Assembly (NCBI GenBank): GCA_044892525.1
Contig: CM097886.1
Coordinates: forward strand, 2,914,001-2,978,000
Length of the DNA: 64,000 nucleotides
DNA from: Schmidtea polychroa
Lineage: Eukaryota
Direction: 5' to 3'
How positions within the stretch are numbered: position 1 is the first letter of the stretch; the number at the start of each line of letters is the position of its first letter. This document shows, in pieces, positions 1 to 10,900 of this stretch. A program made the position numbers and the translations under genes. The notes beneath the pieces were generated by a model. It ran no database searches. It was not told where the DNA came from and worked only from the letters and a program-made list of their open reading frames with translations.

Positions 1-2703
1 ATTTATATTCAAAGATTTATTTTTAAAACGACAATGTTTCAATCAGTTCAATATTTGAATGTGTTCAATTATTTTAGGGCCTTCAACTGTAAATTTATTT
101 TTCACTGGTCCAATCTTTACGGTTATTTTCTTAGGTGTACGTTCCACTAAACCTTTTTTTCTAAACTTTGAAATTATTTGATTAGTTCTCTTTTCGACTG
201 CTTTGGTGAGAAAATCATCTGGAAAAAACATTGGATATTTGGATAATTCATTTTCAGTTGTTGCATTAATAGGCCATTTCCACAGCTCAAAAAAAGGACA
301 CAAATTCATTTTGGATATATTAGAAGTAATCGTAATCCAAAGTTGAATTTTGTCATTGTCAGAAACCTTTTTTTTTCTTATTTCATAAAACTGTCGGAAT
401 GCTTGAGCAAATAACTCCCATCCAAAATGATGCCTTAGTTGTGCAAATATAGATAATGCTATAAAATGGTTATCTCTCCAGTTGGCATCAAATGTTCCAT
501 TAATCAAATAATCTTTTACGTCGTTAATTGTTAACCGTTCTTGAAACCAACCAGTAGTTGGATCCCAAGAACTTTGGTTAGTTATGTATTCAGTAGCTAT
601 TATAGAAAATATGTTGTTTGTTGTTTCTCCCGTTCCCTTGAAAGTAAATATTCCATATTGTAGGTTATGTCCCATCTCATGCATCAAACCCCATTGACCT
701 GTTTTAATATTTTTTATTGTAAAAAAAAATTCACTTCTTTTAGGATTTGCAACCCACCAAATCTGTGTACCGATAGGATATCCTGAATGCATATATCCAG
801 CTCCAATTTGTATATCAGTTGTCACTAATTCTCTGTAATTATCAGGAAATTTTCTTCCACCCAAATGAAATTCTTCTTTAAACATTGAATCGTACAGCTT
901 TAAAATCGCCTCCGGATCGGCTACATTTCGAATGGCACTTGATGCTACTAAAAATACAGTTGTGTCACCGGCTAGGATTGCCCAAGGAGACTCCAATTTT
1001 TGTTTTCGAATCCATTCCTTTGAATCCTCTCGATTTCTTCTATCAAAGTACGGTATTTGCATTACATTTTTAAATATTATTTCGACTTTATCATTATTTT
1101 CCTTACAACAAATTGCAATCAATCCGCCAAATGGGAAATTAATAGTATGCGTTTTGTATCTTTCAATTTTATACTTCATACGCGTCACGGGCCATTTCGT
1201 AAATTGATATTTATAACCTATATTAATATGATGATGATTTAAATATATCGTGCAAGTCTTTGATATGGATTTAACAATTCTGATTGAGGTATCTAGTCTA
1301 GGATAAAGATAAAGACCAAGATAGACATCTTCGTCATTATAAAGAAGATTGAGCTTCATCTTAACATCTACAAGTGGAGGATTATCTGATTGAAATTTAC
1401 CAGGATAAAGCGCCAATGCTGGAGGTAGCACATCTACTTCGAATGGAGAAACTAAAATATAGCTGAAAAATCTAATGAAACATTTATCAGGTTCTTTATC
1501 AATCGGTTTATCAATACAAGAAGTGAGACTTTTAATGAATGGCCAGTTATCTGAATATAAATCCTGAAAATATTTTCTTATCAAGTCAAAGTTTTTTTTG
1601 CCAAATGCCTTCTTAACTGGAATTTTGTCAGGTATTTCATAAAGCAATGTTGTTACTTCATCCATGATTTTGTTGTCCGTTTTGGCATATTCAAATAATT
1701 GATTAAATGCCATGGTATGTATAGAGTGCTTAGTAACGGTTTTCCAATCATCTTCGGTATGGTATAGTTGTGGCCAAACCCCAGCAGCATGGAGCAGAAC
1801 CTTCAATTCACTATCTTCAATCTTTACTTGATTTTCGTATGACCATGGTTTTATCGCAATCACAATCCTCAATCCGGACTCTATAGCTGTAAGTAAAATA
1901 CCAACTAAATCTGGACCTATTATTTTATGACTATTCCAGATGAAAGGTACAGATAATATAGATTTTAATTTGTTCGCTGAAATTATTTCTCTAAAATATG
2001 ATTTTTCCAACAACTTTGGTTTTTTTACAGGTTTCTCAAAGACATTTTGAAAAAAGTCTTGAAATTGTTTATACTGCGTTTCATCCGCTGCGTTATCGCT
2101 CGAGATAAATGCAATACGGCCTTTTCCGACAGTTGAAATGGTCATGGAAATTCTATTTTTACTATTGATTGCGTAACCGATTGCGTTATCATGCAACAAT
2201 AAAAAGTTACCTGGATATCTATCCAAAGAATATCTCAACTCCTTTTTATTTCTATAATATGCATTCATCTAAATTCATAATTAAATAAATTTTTCCATAA
2301 AATATAAATAATTTATTTAATATTATGCAAATATTTTTTAAATTAATTATAAATTAAAATTTTTAAAATAAATATAATGAATGCAAAAATTCATTTTCCT
2401 ATATCCCTTTGTTTTATACGATTCGTTCTGAAACTAAGAAATAACTTTAATCAACCTTAACATAAAATAAGAGAAGTAAATTCCACGATTCAAAAACGTT
2501 AGTTAATTCAACATAATTTGAAATTTACATTTCTTTAAACATTAAACCGAAACACAACAAAATTAAAAAAATATTTTCTAAATTTCAGTAGGATAGAAAA
2601 CTTAACCTACAAAAACATGACAACTCAAGCACACATCCTACCAACGTGATACGCAGACATTAATTAAAAAATATCCATCAAAGATTTGATTGGATGCACA
2701 CCT
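1..2703. repeat. Duplicated block A (M60 ORF plus about 430 bp upstream); partner at 15946-18651
   Basis: Bases 1-60 match 15946-16005 almost exactly. Similarity ends at ...gattggatgcacacc (2703 / 18651). Confidence 0.92.
43..2268 (-). CDS. TCAF/FAM115-like M60-family zinc metallopeptidase, copy 1 (741 aa, intronless; possibly the terminal exon of the kringle gene upstream)
   Basis: HEMGH zinc motif (WGLMHEMGHNLQ) followed by GETTNNIF (gluzincin third ligand), and DIQIGAGYMHSGYP typical of M60/enhancin-like peptidases. N-terminal TISTVGKGRIAFIS resembles vertebrate TCAF AASSYGRGRLVVVS. ATG directly preceded by TTTAG. Confidence 0.93.
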   Translation of the reverse strand: MNAYYRNKKELRYSLDRYPGNFLLLHDNAIGYAINSKNRISMTISTVGKGRIAFISSDNAADETQYKQFQDFFQNVFEKPVKKPKLLEKSYFREIISANKLKSILSVPFIWNSHKIIGPDLVGILLTAIESGLRIVIAIKPWSYENQVKIEDSELKVLLHAAGVWPQLYHTEDDWKTVTKHSIHTMAFNQLFEYAKTDNKIMDEVTTLLYEIPDKIPVKKAFGKKNFDLIRKYFQDLYSDNWPFIKSLTSCIDKPIDKEPDKCFIRFFSYILVSPFEVDVLPPALALYPGKFQSDNPPLVDVKMKLNLLYNDEDVYLGLYLYPRLDTSIRIVKSISKTCTIYLNHHHINIGYKYQFTKWPVTRMKYKIERYKTHTINFPFGGLIAICCKENNDKVEIIFKNVMQIPYFDRRNREDSKEWIRKQKLESPWAILAGDTTVFLVASSAIRNVADPEAILKLYDSMFKEEFHLGGRKFPDNYRELVTTDIQIGAGYMHSGYPIGTQIWWVANPKRSEFFFTIKNIKTGQWGLMHEMGHNLQYGIFTFKGTGETTNNIFSIIATEYITNQSSWDPTTGWFQERLTINDVKDYLINGTFDANWRDNHFIALSIFAQLRHHFGWELFAQAFRQFYEIRKKKVSDNDKIQLWITITSNISKMNLCPFFELWKWPINATTENELSKYPMFFPDDFLTKAVEKRTNQIISKFRKKGLVERTPKKITVKIGPVKNKFTVEGPKIIEHIQILN

Positions 2704-3549
2704 CAAAGGGGGATAGTCCAATTCATTTCACAACATCTAATATGAACACTATTTCAAATTGTCACTCAATGTAATTATTTTCTAATTATATAATATTAGT
2801 TATATAATATTATCTACTTTCTGTATAATTCACGACGAAATATACCTATGAATAGAACAAAATTATTATTATTAGTCAAAGGCAGGATTAAAATTAGTAA
2901 AAAGATTGGTAAGGATAAAAAATACTATTTCAAATGCCATTGATATCAAAACACATCGTGGATATCAGTTTATTCATACAAACAATCAACCCAGCAAATT
3001 CATGGTCATTCTCCAGAATCCAATTTGTTTAAAAAGTTGCACTCCAAGATTTCACATTTGTGTACAACTCATTCAAATTTTATAGTCAATGTAAGATTTA
3101 TTTCAAAAGGAATGTAGTAAAAATGTGTATTTGTTTGTTTTTGTTATCAGGAAATAAGATAAAACATATATTCTGAATCAAGGTAAGATCCGCATTATCA
3201 TATGTTTTACACCAATGGATTAAATATTGATTATGATTTTAAATCATTTACAATAGCATTCAAAAATATTGTAGATGCCAGACAAATGGGTTGTGATAAG
3301 GTGAAATGTGATATTACTGAAAAAGAATATTTATTGCGATTTAATCTATTTGAACAAACAGTTTGATGAAAGAAGAAATCAAAATATCAGTGTCTTATAG
3401 TAATGAAGTTGAAGAATCATTCATGTTTGGTGACGAATTTTATTTTGATAAACTTGATGCGCTCGTTAAATATATCAAGTTCAATTATTCACACATATTT
3501 AAAATTTTTGTGTGTGTGTATAATTTATATTAAAATAACATAATGTGTG

Positions 3550-3750
3550 CGTATTTGATCCGATGGTAACCTGCTTTTAAAGTTGATTTGATTTAGTTAA
3601 TTTTTTATTTGACCTACATTGATCCAGCAGTGGCCTGTTTTTAAATTCTATTTATTAACATTATAGTGTGTATGTATAAATTTGACCTAATTAATTTTGA
3701 TTTAACCTATATTGATATGGCAGCAACCTGTTTTTAAAGTTGATTTGGCC
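3550..3750. repeat. Degenerate minisatellite (about 3 units)
   Basis: Recurrent ttgacctacattgat...cagc...cctgtttttaaagttgattt units. Confidence 0.5.
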
Positions 3751-4017
3751 GACATAAAACTCTGAAAATTTACGTGACAATACTTTGAAAATGATGGACA
3801 ATCAGCGACTTTCATTCGGCCAACATAATAAGTCTCAAAAATGTCGTGAAAATTCAAAAAATTTAGTTGACTTATATAAAATATTTGTTGACCTACATAA
3901 ACATACTAGGAACATTAGGGGAGGCAATCCTTAATAGAGGGATTGATCAAGCGGTGTCCAATCCATCTATTGTCTGATTTTAAAATGTTATTAAAATATT
4001 TGGAAAATTAATGTGCA

Positions 4018-5483
4018 AAATGCAATGAAAACTTTTGTTTTAAATGTTTTTAAATAGCTTTTTTTCTAAATTATTTTTTTCTATATATATTAAAAAGCTT
4101 GACTATGATTGTTTGTTTTCTAAATAAGAGTGCAGTATAATAATAAAATATACCTTTTTTTGATATTCATTAAACTCTTTATTAGGAGGCTTTTTTGGAT
4201 AGAGTGTTCCCGACTGTTTGATTGTGAAATCTGAACTTTTTAGCAAGGATATCAACATCAAATATTTCAACGGTTCCAAACAAGAATAGGAAATTATGTA
4301 ATTTTCACTTGTTTTTGTCGACTTGGTAATTGAACAAAATTCATATTCATCTAAATCAGTTTGACATTCAGGATTATAAGCTGATGCCCACAATGATGTC
4401 TTTTTTAAAGTTCGAGATTTCAGTGACTCTTAGAAATTAATAATAAAACACAACAGAATGTGATTCTTGTTACCAAGTTTGATGGACAAAGTAACTGTCA
4501 CTGTATGATATATATTATCCAATGTAACTATTGTCATGCTCTTACGAATTCCTTTCAAGTAATCATATGCTCCAAAATATTCCGTCTGACCCATTTCTAA
4601 AAATTAATTATTGTAAATGTGACTGACAAAATTGTTATCACGTTTTTCACAATTAACTATGTGACAGTCTTCTCTTTTATAGTTATCCGAATAATAACAC
4701 CAAGGACTTTTAGACTGATCCGGATTGCGACATTTGTTACCAGCAAGATTTAGATTCCTTTCCGGAAATGAGTTTGCGGTATGTCTTTTGAAGTTTATCC
4801 ATGGCTTACATCTTTTACCAGATTTTGTTTGACTTATGTCGCCAAGATATTCTGTACCCTTTTCAGTATCTTTGCACCAATTTCGATCTAATAATTACAG
4901 AGTTCTCAGATGTAGTAGAATTGAAGTTGTTACCTTTATTGCACTTTTTAATATAACAGGATTCCCATTCCAATGTCATTTCATCGATAATACACCACGG
5001 ACCATTTGGAAAATTCGTTGGATTTCTACAGTAATTGTTACCAATAAGCGAGGTATTGTCAAAATAAAATGTATCATCCATAACTATTTGATTTACATAT
5101 TCACTTTTCCAAAAGATACATCGTTGCCCACTTTTTGCATAATTCTTCATCCCCAAATATTCTCTACCGTGAGTTGTCATTCTACATTTTTCTATTTCTG
5201 AATAATTTTTAAAATGAATTGAAACTTTTCAACTCTATGTTTACTTTTCAAATGATTGTTTATTGTGACTTTTCTTTTGAATTTAAATAGTGTATAAACC
5301 CAATATACTTTTTTTCCAAAAGAGTCCAACAAGCACAGAGTATTTGGGACCCAATGGATAATGGCTAGTAGTGTGAAAGAGATTGGAAAAATTTAGTTAT
5401 GTTAATTAATAAATTTAATTCATTGATGTATGAACCTGGTACAAATCCTTCTGATTGACTGATTAAAAACTTGAAAAAAAGCA
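4018..5483. repeat. Duplicated block B (kringle exons 2-5 with introns and flanks); partner at 20038-21533
   Basis: Near base-for-base identity at offset 16019-16020. Confidence 0.95.
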
Positions 5484-8400
5484 TTAATCACACAAAACAT
5501 TTTTAACAGAATATTAATTTAATTTTGTTTAAATAATTAAGAAATATGATAGAATAAATATTGAAATTTTGTTAAATCATTGTGTCAAATCATAACATTC
5601 GCGTCTACGCGGCAATTCACAACAATCAGAAAATGCTATTTTGTGAGTTTCAATCAAACCATGTCCATTCTATAGAAATAATCCAGCTCTATGGTTCAGC
5701 AGCTAGAATCCAAATTCAAATTGTCTCAAATATCAAATGATTCGACAAAATTTCATCACGTTATGGCTTATCTTCGAGAAGATGTCGTCGTCAATATTCC
5801 AGAGACAGTTAATGAATCTTACCAATGCATCAAAGGAATTATTAAGAGGAATTTTGCCAACCACTGACAAAATGTATTGAGTACGCACTTGGAAAATTTA
5901 ATCTAGACGATTTAAAGCCCACACAACTTCTTCAGAGGATTAGTACGGCGTTCACAGAAGCCCAAATAACAGACCAACGGTTATTGCGACACAACTTTAT
6001 TGAAGCTCTCCCAAAGGATATTAAGCTCATAATAACAAGTTTTCAAGAAAGGTTTACGGAAGAATTAGGTGCAATAGTGAATGGGATGATGGCAAGCTTT
6101 GAAAATGAGACACCATATACGAATGACAATTTTAAAATCCAGGCATTAATGGATGAAATCAAGGAATTAAAAGAAGAAATATTCTATTTAAAGGAAACTC
6201 CCAAGAAATCAAAAAGCTTTTTTTCTATCACATGAAATATGAAAAAAACGCCAGGAAATGTGACAAACTGAAAAATGGATCTCGATGTGCTTTATATATG
6301 CAGGAAAATGGAAAAACGCTTCGAAATTAACCACCGTCGAAGCGTGTATTCAAAAGCGGCGTAGAATAAATCAAATCTTTATTTTTAATAATAAAGACAA
6401 ATTTTTAGTGGATACAGGAGCATCTGTTTCATGTCTTTCACGAAAATATTTCAAGTCAGAAATTCTGTGCTCATCTAGACTTACAGCTGCTAATAGTACT
6501 CCAATAAAATTTTATGGGAATAGGAAGATTGATTTACGAATCGATGACAAAACAATTAGTTGGCTTTTCCATGTATGCGATGTATCACAGCCTATTCTTG
6601 ATGCAGATTTCTAGCTTTAATAGACTACAAGTTGAAAAGAGTTTCAATTAATTCGATAGTTGATAATAATCTGTTGAGTTACTTCAACAAACAAGAATGT
6701 AGTGCCAAGATCACAACACAACATGACATTGTTTAAAATGATATCGTCAGATCATTTTCAGCAAGACGATTATATGGCGACAAATTAAAAGCTGTCAAAG
6801 ATTGGTTTAATAAAATGGTAGACACTGATAAATGTCGATTATCAAACTTGCCAATTTCTTCTCCACTAGTCGTTGTAAATCAAAATGGAAAATAAAGATT
6901 TTGAGGTGATTACAGAAATCTGAATACAGCAACCATCCCTGATAGATATCCAATTCCAAGAATCGACGATATATTGCAGATTGTGAGAAATAAAAAATAC
7001 TTCTGTACTATCGACCTTGAAAAGGCGTATCTACAAATTTGGATGAACGAAAATGACATTCCAAAGACAACAATAACTACTCCTTTTGGTATGTACGAAT
7101 TTCTTTTTATGCCATTTGGATTACGAAATGCCCCATCGACCTATTAAAGAGAACAATTGATGATATACTGCGGAAATTTCCGTTCGTTAGAGCATACTTG
7201 GATGATGTAATTATTGCATCAGACACAGAAGAAGAACATGACAACCATTTAAAAATAATTGCAAAGGAATTAAATAAAGTTGGATTGTTAATGCAAAATT
7301 ATGCAATCTGAAGTAGATTTTTTGGGCCATCACATATCAAGAGCTGAAATGGTGCAATAACTTTCTTTATAATCGCAGCTGTTTTGGTTCTTCCTAATGT
7401 AAATTTTCCCTCGAAACATGCAATCATTAGAGGGAAAAGAAAAGTTGTGCCTTCCAGTATGATATGCAATTGCTGCTTCCTTAGCGCTAATATTTAATTC
7501 TTCCTTTGTTGCCGAAATCTTTTTAAAAAGAAGCCGCTTACTGTCTTAATTGAGGCTCCTACATTTATTGCATTTTTGTGACGAGTAGTTCCAACATATT
7601 GAACAATATCCTATCGACAACCGTGGCTAATTGAGAATGCTGATCAGCAAACTGTACAGAATACTTTGATGTCGTCTTGTGGATATCTTGATGAATCCAA
7701 AGTCTGTGGCATAACTATCGTTCCATGAAGTCCTTCTTTTCTTGCTTGTGCTCATCTGGATTAAAAGATTGATTTGCTGGAGACAATTTTGAACGAAATC
7801 AACAAAGGTATTATTTACAATAATAGTTTTGATGATTTCTTTATCCAATAATGCTTTTAAATCATAAATCCACAAATTTGCAGATAATTGTAAATTTTAA
7901 TTTGACAAAGTAGCAAAATATTGAGGTTATCAAAATGTTGTATAAGGGGTAGGAAATTATGATTCGAGGGAGGGAAATAGAGGAATTTTTTGAAAAATAA
8001 TATAATGAATTTACTGAGTAAAATTTTCATTTTTGCTTCAATTTTATAATTTTTTTTAAAAACTTAAAAAAAATCTTTTGAAATACGAGACAAATGCTGT
8101 ACCTTACGGGACATGGCACAAATTCTCAAAATAGGGGACTGTCACGAGTAAATACGAGCAAATGTTCACGACATCAAATAGTGAATGCTTTCATATGCAA
8201 AATATTGACTGAAAAGAGGAATGTTGGGTGTCGCATAGTTAAAGAAAATTGATCTCTATTAGAGAAATTTTCTAATTTATCATGTAATTTTAATTAGATT
8301 TCTACTGATTAAATAGCATCAAAATACTAAAATATGGTCATTTAAAAGATTATAGAGATTTCATCGGATAGATATTAAGAATTTATCATCTTTCAAGGGG

Positions 8401-9534
8401 ATCTAGTCGGTTAAAAGTGAATTTTATAGTAAAATGAAATTTTAAAGAGTCATTTTCATTATAGATTTAAGTGATTTAATATTTATGATTTAATTATTTT
8501 TAATTATAATTGGTTTTATTGAACTTAAGCGAGTTTCAGTAGATTTTATAAATTATTTAGGGTTAATAAGCAATTCAATTTACTTGATTTTAGATGTTTT
8601 ATAGTGAAATATTTATGATATTTAGATAAAAGGAATTAAGATCAAAGTTAAAGGGCGTTTAAAAATAGTCATTTAAAAGGATTTTAAGGAATCTTATTGG
8701 TTTGATATTAAGAGGGGAATAAATGATCTTTTGCATGTATTTATCGCTAAAATACCAATCTTTAAAAATCAATAGATATTTTAGGGAAGTTTCATACTTT
8801 TTAGATGATTTTAATAGGAACCAGTCATTCGCTTGGATACAGAAAACATGTATTTTCATTTAGAGCAAATTATTTAGAGAACTGGTTCATTCGATGTTAT
8901 CTTTAGTGAGTTTATATCAGTTTCCTTTGAAATTTAATGATAATTATTCAGATATTTCTAGCATTGATTGATGATTTTGATAATTTGTAAATGAATTTAT
9001 ACTGGATTTTCTGAATAATTTTAGCAATAAGTCCATCAGTCGAGTATACATTATTAATTACTTTTGAGACATCATCAAAATTAATTTATTTTAATTATTT
9101 ATTCAATCTAAATAAATTATTTACTAGATTTTGTTAGAAAATTCTTATTAACTAGAATGAAGATCTTGGATAATTCAAATTTAGTGACATATAATAATGT
9201 ATGTAATGAAAAAAGTTTCGACTATAAGATAGTCCTTGTCAATCTCCTTGACAGGATTGACAGGAGATTAACAAGGAATATCTTATAGTCGAAAATATTT
9301 TCATTAAATACATTATTTGCAGCAAAAGGTTTAAATTATCATTTTATTGTTTTAAATAATAAATGCTGCTACCAAGAAATCATCATTTTATATTACTTTA
9401 TAATTATTTTAATTTAAAATTAAGCTAAAATGAAATACGCAAAATTTCTCACCTTCGAAATAATCTGCAAAAATGATAAGTTGCAAAGACAATATTATGG
9501 ACAAGTGGACAATCAGCATGAATATAGGGATCAT
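4154..9534 (-). CDS. Signal peptide + 2 kringle + linker module, copy 1; exons 9534-9453, 5197-4934, 4887-4642, 4596-4474, 4428-4154 (330 aa, open at the 3' donor)
   Basis: Kringle 1: GREYLG...SGQRCIFW...NNYCRNPTNFPNGPWC. Kringle 2: GTEYLGDISQTKSGKRCKPW...NKCRNPDQSKSPWCY. All introns GT-AG and phase-compatible (1,1,1,1); small introns 45-46 nt. Exon 1 MIPIFMLIVHLSIILSLQLIIFADYFE is hydrophobic and is conserved in copy 2. Confidence 0.82.
5640..7345 (+). mobile_element. Decayed Ty3/gypsy LTR retrotransposon fragment (gag-protease-RT), antisense in kringle-1 intron 1
   Basis: Gag-like PFYRNNPALWF...SKFKLSQISNDSTKFHHV; protease FLVDTGASVSCL; RT PDRYPIPRIDD, TTPFGMYEFLFMPFGLRNAP, and YLDD at 7195-7206; many frameshifts and stops. 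Confidence 0.9.
7350..7760 (-). mobile_element. hAT transposase N-terminal fragment
   Basis: KKRRTSWNDSYATDFGFIK (BED-finger start), AKEAAIAYHTGRHNF and KFTLGRTKTAAIIKKVIAP in shifted frames. Confidence 0.7.
9210..9300. mobile_element. Short palindromic MITE-like element; relative at about 14315-14390
   Basis: ttcgactataagatagtccttgtcaatctcc...ggagattaacaaggaatatcttatagtcgaa forms an inverted repeat. Confidence 0.65.
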
Positions 9535-9850
9535 TTGGCCATACTGGCTCTGATTGTTCCTTTTAATATGTGTAGGTCACATTGACAATTTGCATTAATT
9601 TGCATGATTTTATGAGGAAATGTCTCGTATAAAAATAATTTTATGAATATAACAAGTGATCATTAATCATAATCAAGTCATAATCATAAACATTAATCAT
9701 AATCATTAATCATAATCAAGTAAAATATGTTATTTATTCAATCTAAAATTCTAATTATGTTATGAACTCTTTAAAATGTCTCTTGTGAATTAATCTCTAA
9801 CACTTAATATTTTGAATTTTTGTATCAAATTTGGGAATAGAAAATAGAAT
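9391..9850. repeat. Duplicated block C (kringle exon 1 and its upstream region); partner at 25411-25817
   Basis: Near-identical at offset 16020; copy 1 carries an extra taatcataatca expansion. Confidence 0.92.
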
Positions 9851-10185
9851 TAGCGATTCGAGTGAATACAGGAAAAAGAATGCATTGGAACTTTAATTTC
9901 AATCCAATCATTTACAAAAAGCTGTATTCTAATAACAGGATCTAGATCACTTGTCATCAAATGTTTTTCGATTAACCTTTTTTCATAAACATGTTCTGAT
10001 AATCTGTTAAGAACTGGAACTTCAGTAATTTCGTTGGAAACAGAACAATTTAATGACATTTTAAGGAAAATTAGAATTTCCGACTCCCAAATCTGGATAG
10101 ATGATCCAGTTGCAGCACATAGCCAATATATGCTTGGCAAGAAGATAAATTTGGATAAATCCCTCACCAAATTCCACAGTTTTTA
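9850..10185 (-). pseudogene. Chimeric fragment: RACK1 WD40 piece followed in frame by the PRP19 U-box N-terminus
   Basis: KLWNL...YWLCAATGSSIQIWE matches RACK1 MLWDL...YWLCAATGPSIKIWD. MSLNCSVSNEITEVPVLNRLSEHVYEKRLIEKHL...DPV matches PRP19 MSLICSISNEVPEHP...HVYERRLIEKYI...DPI. Both truncated. Confidence 0.8.
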
Positions 10186-10639
10186 ATTTAATAATTCTAT
10201 CCTGTTTGTTGAGTCCAAAGATTGCATATCACATTTTCTTTAATATTTTCTTCTTTGATTTGAAAATGTTTCCTTCATTATTAAAACACGATGTTAATAT
10301 GTTTAAATCTAAATTATGTTTATCCGGTAATGAATTCATGGCACCTATTATTTCAATGATATTATTTTTAAGAAGAATTTAATGACAAAATTGCCCTTAT
10401 AGCCGATAATACAATTGGAATTAATGTACCTAAAAAACCGCCAGGTTTTTTATATATTAATTTTCTCATCAGATTTCGATTTTTTGTGTTAAGATTTAGC
10501 CCTTAACTTTCAAATTTAGCCTTATTTTACTTAATATAAAATATAGCCCTTAATTTACTTAAGTTTAAAATATGGTCCTTATTTTACTTATTTAGCAAAT
10601 ATAGTTCTTACTTTACTTTAATTTAACATAACTCAGTAC

Positions 10640-10900
10640 CCTAAAATATCTTGGCTTTTTAATCGAGGACTGATATTTGTATTAAAAATATCCAGGATCA
10701 AGTAGACCCACCTCACTATAGTCTCAAATATAATGGCTTTGTAGTGATAGTTGGATTTTGTATTAAAAATATCCAGGACCTCACTATTGTCAGAAAAATC
10801 CTTGGTCTTTTAGTGTAGACTAATATTTGTATTGAAAATCCTATTGATTACAGACCCTTCACTATAGTCATAAAAATCCTTTGCTTTTTTATTGAAAATA
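10640..10900. repeat. Degenerate minisatellite (about 4 units)
   Basis: Repeated gactgatatttgtattaaaaatatccagga...cctcactatagtc...cttggcttttt. Confidence 0.6.

Noticed and set aside
885-1242. Plus-strand ORFs conserved over M60 copies 1 and 2 (also 16883-17193)
   Set aside because: Antisense shadows of the peptidase coding sequence; their conservation follows from the duplication.
43-2268. Bacterial horizontal transfer or contamination as the source of the intronless M60 ORFs
   Set aside because: The N-terminus resembles animal TCAF, composition matches the flanks, and the neighbours are spliced genes and eukaryotic transposons. Only a phylogeny could exclude ancient transfer.
2560-2703. 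Segment shared upstream of M60 copies 1 and 2 as an additional coding exon (CASNQIFDGY)
   Set aside because: Frames diverge and stop in copy 1, no clean splice pair, and no counterpart in copy 3.
2920-3480. Possible MULE transposase fossil or extra kringle-M60 exon
   Set aside because: Only faint motif resemblance, many stops, absent from copies 2 and 3.
4836-5201. 121-aa plus-strand ORF (also 20855-21220)
   Set aside because: Antisense to kringle exons 2-3; no recognisable motif.
5280-5480. Hydrophobic reading frame just upstream of kringle exon 2 as the signal peptide
   Set aside because: No in-frame ATG, frameshift between copies 1 and 2, and a better exon 1 exists at 9453-9534.
10640-10900. 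CRISPR-like repeat-spacer array (also 3550-3750)
   Set aside because: Degenerate tandem units without unique spacers, in a eukaryotic context.
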